Below are positions 1 to 6,904 of a DNA stretch of 30,219 bases, piece after piece. The first letter of the stretch is position 1. Each line of letters starts with the position of its first letter. The notes under the pieces are model-generated. The model saw only the letters and a list, made by a program, of their open reading frames with translations. It did no database searches and was not told where the DNA came from. A program made the translations under genes and the position numbers. The stretch is from positions 1-30,219 of the IMG/VR virus record IMGVR_UViG_2563366798_000006; one strand, written 5' to 3'. This DNA comes from a virus. Taxonomy: Duplodnaviria > Heunggongvirae > Uroviricota > Caudoviricetes.

Positions 1-102
1 ATCACAAAGGCGGAGTTATCCCGCGTGGAGATAGTCGAGCTGCTCAGTCAGGAGTCGGAAAAATTTCACAATATCGGATTGTCTCGCGGGGAGGTGCTTT
101 GA
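1..102 (+). CDS. 3' end of an upstream phage early gene (5' end outside window)
   Basis: Frame 1 is open from the window edge to TGA at 100-102. In P2-type gene order the gene before orf80 sits here; identity not verifiable. Confidence 0.35.
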
Positions 103-401
103 TGTCCTGTTCTCATTCAGTTGTATTACTGAATAACGCCTTAAAAATCGCCGTTATGAAAAATGGCGATTTGTCTCTTATTCAACTTTGTCTTGATAAA
201 GAAAAACGCGACATCACTGAATCTGTTATCGCGATTTATCAGAATGAATTAAACCTCCTGTCTGATGTGGTCAATTTACTTGTTAAACGCGCTGTATTCC
301 ACAAGCAAATTTCCTCAGTGGATGAACTGACAAAATTAACGACAGAACTTGCCAGTTATTGCGCTGATGTATCCAGGAAACTTAACGATAAAAGGAGCTG
401 A
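102..401 (+). CDS. P2-family early-region hypothetical protein (orf80-like position)
   Basis: ATG at 102 preceded by GGGGAGGTG (88-96). The ORF track starts it at a TTG at 99. Placement by synteny upstream of the TraR-like gene and gene A. Confidence 0.5.
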   Translation: MSCSHSVVLLNNALKIAVMKNGDLSLIQLCLDKEKRDITESVIAIYQNELNLLSDVVNLLVKRAVFHKQISSVDELTKLTTELASYCADVSRKLNDKRS

Positions 402-403
402 TA

Positions 404-628
404 ATGCCGGACAACGTAGATTTTATTCAGGAGCAACAGGCTGAATTACTGGAGCGCCAGATTAACGCGGCAAGGGTAAAACATTGCGGTGCTTCTGCGC
501 TGGTTTGCGAAGAGTGTGACGCGCCAATACCTGCTGCCCGTCGTGCGGCTTATCCGTCAGCCACGCGTTGTGTTTCCTGTCAGTCAGTCTTTGAAACAAA
601 AAACAAACATTACCGGAGAATGGCATGA
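404..628 (+). CDS. TraR/DksA-family C4 zinc-finger protein (P2 Orf82-like)
   Basis: AAGGAG Shine-Dalgarno at 392-397. The 74-aa product has two Cys pairs (C..C and C..C) in the TraR/DksA C-terminal arrangement. Stop overlaps the next start (ATGA). Confidence 0.7.
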   Translation: MPDNVDFIQEQQAELLERQINAARVKHCGASALVCEECDAPIPAARRAAYPSATRCVSCQSVFETKNKHYRRMA

Positions 629-900
629 GTATTCGTATTGAAATTGGCGAACGTTATGTCGTTACCAGTGACAGCTTTCAGTTTATTCTCCACGAGAAAA
701 AGAGAGCGGAAAGCGGTAAAAACGCCGGTCAGGAATGGCTGGCGGTGGTTGGTTATTACCCGAAATTAAGCCAGCTCGTTTCCGGCCTGATGCATCACGA
801 TATTCTGACCGGAAGCGCAAAATCTTTTGCTGATTTAAACGCGCAGGTTGAGCAACTCAGCAAGCGTTGTTCAGAGGCTTTTGGCTCATATGGCCGTTAA
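625..900 (+). CDS. P2-family early hypothetical protein (orf83-like position)
   Basis: GGAGA SD 5 nt upstream of ATG 625. Start overlaps the preceding stop and its 3' end overlaps the gene A start. Confidence 0.5.
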   Translation: MSIRIEIGERYVVTSDSFQFILHEKKRAESGKNAGQEWLAVVGYYPKLSQLVSGLMHHDILTGSAKSFADLNAQVEQLSKRCSEAFGSYGR

Positions 901-3166
901 AGCCTCCGGGCGTTTTGTCCCTCCGTCAGCATTTGCCGCAGGCACCGGTAAGGCGTTTACCGGTGCTTATGCATGGAACGCGCCACGCGAGGCTGTCGGG
1001 CGCGAAAGACCTCTTACACGTGACGAGATGCGTCAGGTGCAAGGTGTTTTATCCACGATTAACCGCCTGCCTTACTTTTTGCGCTCGCTGTTTACTTCAC
1101 GCTATGACTACATCCGGCGCAATAAAAGCCCGGTACACGGGTTTTATTTCCTCACATCCACTTTTCAGCGTCGTTTATGGCCGCGCATTGAGCGCGTGAA
1201 TCAGCGCCATGAAATGAACACCGACGCGTCGTTACTGTTTCTGGCAGAGCGTGACCACTATGCGCGCCTGCCGGGAATGAATGACAAGGAGCTGAAAAAA
1301 TTTGCCGCCCGTATCTCATCGCAGCTTTTCATGATGTATGAGGAACTCAGCGATGCCTGGGTGGATGCGCATGGCGAAAAAGAATCGCTGTTTACGGATG
1401 AGGCGCAGGCTCACCTCTATGGTCATGTTGCTGGCGCTGCACGTGCTTTCAATATTTCCCCGCTCTACTGGAAAAAATACCGTAAAGGACAGATGACCAC
1501 GAGGCAGGCATATTCTGCCATTGCCCGTCTGTTTAACGATGAGTGGTGGACTCATCAGCTTAAAGGCCAGCGTATGCGCTGGCATGAGGCGTTACTGATC
1601 GCTGTCGGGGAGGTCAATAAAGACCGTTCTCCTTATGCCAGTAAACATGCCATTCGTGATGTGCGTGCACGCCGCCAGGCAAATCTGGAATTTCTTAAAT
1701 CGTGTGACCTTGAAAACAGGGAAACCGGCGAGCGCATCGACCTTATCAGTAAGGTGATGGGCAGTATTTCTAATCCTGAAATTCGCCGGATGGAGCTGAT
1801 GAACACCATCGCCGGTATTGAGCGTTACGCCGCCGCAGAGGGTGATGTGGGGATGTTTATCACGCTGACCGCGCCGTCAAAGTATCACCCGACACGTCAG
1901 GTTGGAAAAGGCGAAAATAAAACCGTCCAGCTTAATCACGGCTGGAACGATGAGGCATTTAATCCAAAGGATGCGCAGCGTTATCTCTGCCGTATCTGGA
2001 GCCTGATGCGCACGGCATTCAAGGATAATGATTTACAGGTCTACGGTTTGCGAGTCGTCGAGCCACACCACGACGGAACGCCGCACTGGCATATGATGCT
2101 TTTTTGTAATCCACGCCAGCGTAACCAGATTATCGAAATCATGCGTCGCTATGCGCTCAAAGAGGATGGCGACGAAAGAGGAGCCGCGCGAAACCGTTTT
2201 CAGGCAAAACACCTTAACCGGGGCGGTGCTGCGGGATATATCGCGAAATACATTTCAAAAAATATCGACGGCTATGCACTGGATGGTCAGCTCGATAACG
2301 ATACCGGCAGACCGCTGAAAGATACTGCGGCGGCTGTTACCGCATGGGCGTCAACGTGGCGCATCCCGCAATTTAAAACGGTTGGCCTGCCGACAATGGG
2401 AGCTTACCGTGAGCTACGTAAATTGCCTCGCGGCGTCAGTATTGCTGATGAGTTTGACGAACGCGTCGAGGCTGCTCGCGCTGCCGCAGACAGTGGTGAT
2501 TTTGCGTTGTATATCAGCGCGCAGGGCGGGGCAAATGTCCCGCGCGATTGTCAGACTGTCAGGGTCGCCCGTAGCCCGTCGGATGACGTTAACGAGTACG
2601 AGGAAGAAGTCGAGAGAGTGGTCGGCATTTACGCGCCGCATCTCGGCGCGCGTCATATTCATATCACCAGAACGACGGACTGGCGCATTGTGCCGAAAGT
2701 TCCGGTCGTTGAGCCTTTGACTTTAAAAAGCGGCATCGCCGCGCCTCGGAGTCCTGTCAATAACTGTGGAAAGCTCACCGGCGGTAATACTTCGTTACCG
2801 GCCCCCTCGCCTTCTGAGCACGCCGCAGCAGTGCTTAATCTGGTTGATGACGGTGTTATCGAATGGAATGACCCGGAGGTCGTGAGGACGCTCAGGGGTG
2901 CATTAAAACACGGCCTGAAAATACCAAATCGTCAGCAAAGAAACGGAAGCCCGTTAAAACCACATGAAATAGCACCGTCGGCCAGGCTGACCCGGTCGGA
3001 ACGATTGCAAATTACCCGTATCCGCGTTGATCTCGCTCAGAACGGTATCAGGCCGCAACGATGGGAGCTTGAGGCGCTGGCGCGTGGCGCGACCGTAAAT
3101 TATGACGGGAAACCTTTCACTTATCAGGTCGCTGATGATTGGCCGGGATTTTTGTTACCCATTTGA
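890..3166 (+). CDS. A: Rolling-circle replication initiator protein A (HUH endonuclease)
   Basis: Product contains PHWHMMLF (HUH-type His motif) and GYIAKYISK (paired catalytic tyrosines Y-x3-Y), as in P2 gpA. Start placed at ATG 890 (MAVKASGRF...); the ORF track's 848 is a TTG. Confidence 0.88.
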   Translation: MAVKASGRFVPPSAFAAGTGKAFTGAYAWNAPREAVGRERPLTRDEMRQVQGVLSTINRLPYFLRSLFTSRYDYIRRNKSPVHGFYFLTSTFQRRLWPRIERVNQRHEMNTDASLLFLAERDHYARLPGMNDKELKKFAARISSQLFMMYEELSDAWVDAHGEKESLFTDEAQAHLYGHVAGAARAFNISPLYWKKYRKGQMTTRQAYSAIARLFNDEWWTHQLKGQRMRWHEALLIAVGEVNKDRSPYASKHAIRDVRARRQANLEFLKSCDLENRETGERIDLISKVMGSISNPEIRRMELMNTIAGIERYAAAEGDVGMFITLTAPSKYHPTRQVGKGENKTVQLNHGWNDEAFNPKDAQRYLCRIWSLMRTAFKDNDLQVYGLRVVEPHHDGTPHWHMMLFCNPRQRNQIIEIMRRYALKEDGDERGAARNRFQAKHLNRGGAAGYIAKYISKNIDGYALDGQLDNDTGRPLKDTAAAVTAWASTWRIPQFKTVGLPTMGAYRELRKLPRGVSIADEFDERVEAARAAADSGDFALYISAQGGANVPRDCQTVRVARSPSDDVNEYEEEVERVVGIYAPHLGARHIHITRTTDWRIVPKVPVVEPLTLKSGIAAPRSPVNNCGKLTGGNTSLPAPSPSEHAAAVLNLVDDGVIEWNDPEVVRTLRGALKHGLKIPNRQQRNGSPLKPHEIAPSARLTRSERLQITRIRVDLAQNGIRPQRWELEALARGATVNYDGKPFTYQVADDWPGFLLPI

Positions 3167-3426
3167 GTAAAAATACAGCGTGATTTTATATGTCTTTGAA
3201 TGGATTATGCGAAGCACCTCTAAGGTAGATGAGGAGCAATAGCGTGTTGAATCAGAAGGCTAAATTGTATTGAATCGTTAGCATGTAATTGAAGGCAGCT
3301 ATTTGATTCGAGTCATAAAAGAGCATCTATTTCGGTTAATAAAACCATTGCGAGTGACTTTATGTCGAAGCATAATTCATCTCGAGCGAAGTCTTGCTAG
3401 TCTTTCATCGGATTGATGACGGGCGC

Positions 3427-3456
3427 AAAAAAACCACCCTGGCAGGTGGTTTTTTT
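3427..3456. terminator. Bidirectional intrinsic terminator (A-tract / GC stem / T-tract)
   Basis: AAAAAAACCACC-CTGGCA-GGTGGTTTTTTT: 6-bp GC-rich stem ACCACC/GGTGGT flanked by A7 and T7 runs, so it can terminate transcripts on both strands. Confidence 0.6.
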
Positions 3457-3468
3457 GTTTGAAGCATA

Positions 3469-3582
3469 CTAAAGAAAAATACTTACATGGATATTACTGA
3501 CGTTTACTGACAAACCACTCGGACTACCATATGGATAGCCAAAGAGGGCCAGAACGAGAATGCAGTAATAGCACTTCTTCAT
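3469..3582 (-). CDS. Candidate small ORF (37 aa, MKKCYYCILVLALFGYPYGSPSGLSVNVSNIHVSIFL)
   Basis: Minus-strand ATG at 3582-3580 preceded by a perfect AGGAGG SD (spacer CGAT). Stop TAG at 3471-3469, 12 nt before the terminator hairpin. Hydrophobic N-terminus. Not in the ORF track because it is under 60 aa. Confidence 0.25.
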   Translation of the reverse strand: MKKCYYCILVLALFGYPYGSPSGLSVNVSNIHVSIFL

Positions 3583-4238
3583 ATCGCCTCCTGTAAGCAG
3601 AGGGCAATTTCCGCCGATATATGCGCTTCTAAGGCGGAGTGACTATTGAGCGAAGTCTTGCCCTGAAATAATGCTCTGTTTAAACGCAAAGTGATCTGGC
3701 ATATCACTGAACAGAGAACCTGAACAACACAACATATAGTATGTCGTTGTTTCTGGTTGCATTTTATGTTGTGTAATACTGGTTTTGCATCAAGGATGTT
3801 TGAGCTTTTTTTGATATAGCTCAAAGTAAAAAGCAGAGACTACGGATGATAAGGTCTTGAAAGCAATGTAAATTTTTTAAAGTTGTGAGTGGCTAGAAAT
3901 GCACAGTTTCAATATGGCGGATTTAAACAAGTAATTAAAAATAGCGCCATAAATTCCAATAAAATCATTATGTTGCGTTTTCTGTGGAAACTGCGGTGAC
4001 TCTGAAATTTTCTTTTAGTGTCGCTGAGGTTTAACAACTCGCTGCGCAAGTAGTTAGTGTTTTTTTAACTCAATATCCTGATTTATAAGGTTTTTTATAA
4101 ATCGTGGGCTGATTGCGCGTATTCATCTCGTGTTATCAGCAAAGATAAGCGCTATATGCAAAACTGAATGCATATATGATGTCGAAAATGTTATGGGAAA
4201 ACGTGGATTAGTGTTATAGTAATGGCTGAAAAACAGCC

Positions 4239-4267
4239 TTGACATAAAATAACAACTGTGATATGGC
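4239..4267 (+). promoter_or_regulatory. Putative sigma70 promoter for the ImmA-like gene
   Basis: TTGACA (4239-4244), 17-bp spacer, then TGaTATGGC (TG at 4259-4260, hexamer 4262-4267), about 37 bp upstream of the ATG. The -10 is imperfect. Confidence 0.35.
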
Positions 4268-4303
4268 TGTGCATACTTAACTTTTTTAACGTAGGAGGCA
4301 ACC

Positions 4304-4789
4304 ATGAGCTATGCAGCTAAAAAACTGCTTGACCGCTATTGGGATCGCCGACTACCTGTCGATCCGTTTAAGCTTGCTAAAGCGTGGGGTGCTCGTGTTG
4401 AAGCACTTGAGGAATCGGCTTATAACAACGATGGGTTAAGCGGTCTGGCTGTCATCAAAAAGGGTGTCCATAGGATTTATTTTGATTCTAGTGAACATTC
4501 TAATCGTCAACGTTTTACTGTTGCACACGAGTTAGGTCATCATGTGCTGGGGCATACCCAGGACGGAGAGTACCATCGGGATAATGTCGGGAATTATTCA
4601 ACAGGTGCTCGTGATTACCGTGAGGTTGAAGCAAACAAGTTTGCTGCTGAGTTGTTAATGCCTGAGTCTGCTATACGTCAATTGGTATCCAGAGAAGGTA
4701 TTGATAGCACTTTGAGATTAGCAAGCATCTTTAATGTATCAGAAGCCGCTATGCATTGGCGCTTAAAGAGCTTAGGAATGGCTTATTAA
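4304..4789 (+). CDS. ImmA/IrrE-family (COG2856, M78-type) zinc metallopeptidase, no N-terminal HTH
   Basis: AGGAGG SD 7 nt upstream of ATG 4304. Product has FTVAHELGHHVLGH (HEXXH zinc motif) followed by EVEANKFAAELLMPE, the hallmark ImmA/IrrE arrangement. AT-rich coding sequence. Confidence 0.8.
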   Translation: MSYAAKKLLDRYWDRRLPVDPFKLAKAWGARVEALEESAYNNDGLSGLAVIKKGVHRIYFDSSEHSNRQRFTVAHELGHHVLGHTQDGEYHRDNVGNYSTGARDYREVEANKFAAELLMPESAIRQLVSREGIDSTLRLASIFNVSEAAMHWRLKSLGMAY

Positions 4790-4817
4790 TTAGCCTTTAA
4801 CTTTTAACCTGTTTAAA

Positions 4818-4855
4818 ATCACCTTTACGTTTGTACATGTAAGGGTGATTTTTTT
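4818..4855 (+). terminator. Strong intrinsic terminator / attenuator hairpin after the ImmA-like gene
   Basis: 11-bp stem ATCACCTTTAC / GTAAGGGTGAT (10 Watson-Crick pairs plus one G-U), 10-nt loop, followed directly by a T run to 4855. The right arm contains the AAGGGTGA SD of the downstream ORF, whose ATG is at 4856. Confidence 0.55.
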
Positions 4856-5455
4856 ATGGCTGATATTGATTTATCTGGACAGTCCCCAGAGCAAGGAACC
4901 ACTCCTAAGGGCGATTTAGATCCTGATATCCTTATAAGGCGAGATCGACGCGATGGTATAGAGCGTAGAAGTATGCGATTAGTGCTCTCTGCCGTTGTGC
5001 TTTGTTTTGCTTGTACATTTCTATGGCAGGGGCTTAACTTTGCTTTGGCTGTTGGAAATGGCTTGCTGGAAGCGAAAAGCAGTATTGCCACAGCGATAAC
5101 ACAAAAAGTAGATGCACAAACTTGTGTTTCAGCAGAAAAATGTTCTGCTTTATCTGCGGATCCGAAGATGGCTGATGAGAGGATAACACCATCTTCAGAC
5201 ACTAATAAAGTTAGAAAATCTATTTCTGGTTTATCCACCGATTGGTTATCGGCCAGTTCTCTAATAGCTATTGTTGCATTCATCCTTGGTGTGGGTTTAA
5301 CTTTGCTTTTGACTCTTCTTAAATCAGCATTTCAACACCCGACAGATAAAGACTTTAGAACAAAGTCGACATCTAATACTATTGAGTTGGCCACGCCAAT
5401 CAGTGAATTAATAATTGGTGTTCTGAATATAATTAAAGACAAACTATCTAAGTAA
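4856..5455 (+). CDS. Small membrane protein with two predicted transmembrane helices
   Basis: 199-aa product: charged N-terminus (RRDRRDGIERR), helix LVLSAVVLCFACTFLWQGLNFALAV, soluble segment, second helix LIAIVAFILGVGLTLLLTLL, amphipathic C-terminus. Its own terminator lies about 40 nt downstream. The start is sequestered in the upstream hairpin, so expression is uncertain. Confidence 0.5.
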   Translation: MADIDLSGQSPEQGTTPKGDLDPDILIRRDRRDGIERRSMRLVLSAVVLCFACTFLWQGLNFALAVGNGLLEAKSSIATAITQKVDAQTCVSAEKCSALSADPKMADERITPSSDTNKVRKSISGLSTDWLSASSLIAIVAFILGVGLTLLLTLLKSAFQHPTDKDFRTKSTSNTIELATPISELIIGVLNIIKDKLSK

Positions 5456-5496
5456 AGCATTAGTTGTGATTTTTTATTGGTTTTAGTGATAATACA

Positions 5497-5530
5497 TCTC
5501 CAGTACTTATTGTTACTGGAGAGTATTTTT
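5497..5530 (+). terminator. Intrinsic terminator after the membrane-protein ORF
   Basis: 9-bp stem TCTCCAGTA / TACTGGAGA (5497-5505 / 5514-5522), 8-nt loop, then GTATTTTT. It sits between the convergent gene ends at 5455 and 5538. Confidence 0.45.
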
Positions 5531-5537
5531 AGTCGTT

Positions 5538-6479
5538 TTATATTTTTAATGTTAGTGAATGATATTCACGAGAGTTCACGTTCGATGTGATGTAATCGGG
5601 GGCGTTAACACCAAGAATCGCAACGAGCAATCGGCAAATTAAAGCCTGCATTTGTTGTAATATGTCATCTCCATATTGATAATTGTTAATAGTGGTAAAG
5701 CCAAGTGGTTGACCATGAAACATAGCTTCATGAAAGTTTTCATTGCGGATGTTTGTAATGTTTTTTTTGCCTGTAACCCATGATGGTCGTGGTATGCCAT
5801 AAGTTTTGCAGATCCACTTCAAGCGCCTGGAGTGATTTAGAGTCTTTTCTGTACACTTGTTCTTTTCTGCCCATGTTAAAGCAAAGCAACTATCCAGTGC
5901 CATATAAAGATACTGGAATTTTTCGAAGCTAAGGTATTGTGGGTTTTGGGATAAAAATAGTGCATGCACTATTGCTGCTATATTTATTGGTGCGTGTTTG
6001 GTTTTTTTCTCGCTAGACATGTATTTGAGTGCTAATTCTATAACCTCTTTTTCAGAACACTTGACCAGAATAAAGTCAGTTAATTTGCTGGGTTTTATTG
6101 GGGTTGCGTCTAAAAAACCGGCATCAGTAGTTGTTAATCTTATCCCTTTGAAAAAAGACAGACACCACACAGCAAAATTGAGAGTTTCTAGTGAAGATGT
6201 ATTTTTTAATTTTAGTGAGTGTGTTTTGGGTAAGCCAAATACTCGTTGGCTAAAAGGCATTGTGGATATGCCTCCATTGAGGTTATATACTTCTTGGTTT
6301 CCTGGGTATATCCAACCGTTAATAACATTTCTGTGATTGTTTATAAGATTTGTTTTTTCCGCTAGACCGGGTAAAGTAAGTAAAGAAAAATCATCAGTTT
6401 CAACGTTAACCTCTACTGGATAGTATCCAAACTCAGCTTCAATATCATTGGATTGCTGTTCGTCAACTTTACCTTGCAT
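5538..6479 (-). CDS. Hypothetical 313-aa cargo protein; candidate HEPN-like (R-N-x3-H) abortive-infection protein
   Basis: Minus-strand ATG at 6479-6477 with GGAG SD 6 nt upstream. AT-rich. Product contains IRNENFHEAMF, which fits the HEPN R-x4-6-H motif. No Walker or other motif recognised. Confidence 0.6.
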   Translation of the reverse strand: MQGKVDEQQSNDIEAEFGYYPVEVNVETDDFSLLTLPGLAEKTNLINNHRNVINGWIYPGNQEVYNLNGGISTMPFSQRVFGLPKTHSLKLKNTSSLETLNFAVWCLSFFKGIRLTTTDAGFLDATPIKPSKLTDFILVKCSEKEVIELALKYMSSEKKTKHAPINIAAIVHALFLSQNPQYLSFEKFQYLYMALDSCFALTWAEKNKCTEKTLNHSRRLKWICKTYGIPRPSWVTGKKNITNIRNENFHEAMFHGQPLGFTTINNYQYGDDILQQMQALICRLLVAILGVNAPDYITSNVNSREYHSLTLKI

Positions 6480-6716
6480 ACATTGCTCCGGTCAAAAATA
6501 GGCTCGATAATTCTCGTAAGCCTATCATGTTCGCAAAGTATCCATACCTGTGGATTTTGTAAATTTAAGTTGATTTGTCATTAAATAAGCCGTGCATGCA
6601 ACAAGTGAATGTTTTTGCATGCGTCGGGGATGCCCGTTCCGGCTGCTTGCGGTCAGAGCTGGTGCGGATCCATAGTATCTAAGCAACTGCATTAAAACCG
6701 CCCTATGAAGCGGGCG

Positions 6717-6735
6717 GGCGAGGCGGGGAAAGCAC
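6717..6735. other. cos: cos site (19-nt cohesive-end sequence of P2-type phages)
   Basis: GGCGAGGCGGGGAAAGCAC matches the P2 cohesive-end sequence as I recall it. It lies where expected, between the TO region and gene Q. Confidence 0.6.
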
Positions 6736-6876
6736 TGCGCGCTGGCGGTGGTGCTGATTTTATTTTTTCAGCGTCTGAGCGCGTCGTGATGGCGTTTAGA
6801 TTGTTCGCCGGGGCGTTGGTTTGTCTGCGGGGTGTTTTGCGCGGAGGTAAGCGTGTGAGGGCGTGATGACGGGGTG

Positions 6877-6899
6877 TAAAAAAGCCGCCCGCAGGCGGC
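6877..6899 (-). terminator. Intrinsic terminator downstream of Q (minus strand)
   Basis: Hairpin GCCGCC-cgca-GGCGGC at 6884-6899; on the minus-strand transcript it is followed by a U run (plus-strand A run 6877-6883), starting 5 nt after the Q stop. Confidence 0.5.
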
Positions 6900-6904
6900 G
6901 ATGT

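Noticed and set aside
848-889. Upstream extension of gene A to the track's start at 848, and the overlapping 867-1199 ORF
   Set aside because: Position 848 is a TTG, not an ATG; the ATG at 890 gives the MAVKASGRF N-terminus I recall for P2 gpA. The 867-1199 ORF is an alternative frame inside A.
3579-4305. Minus-strand ORFs 3579-3824 (81 aa) and 4123-4305 (60 aa) in the AT-rich leader
   Set aside because: Both start at non-ATG codons without a Shine-Dalgarno sequence, and the second runs antisense across the putative promoter region; judged to be chance open frames in AT-rich DNA.
4825-5283. 152-aa minus-strand ORF antisense to the two-TM membrane ORF
   Set aside because: Its start has AAGG directly against the ATG (no spacer), the product is Ser/Arg/Pro-rich and low-complexity as expected for an antisense frame, and its stop would lie inside the terminator hairpin. 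The plus-strand ORF is preferred, but this is not fully excluded.
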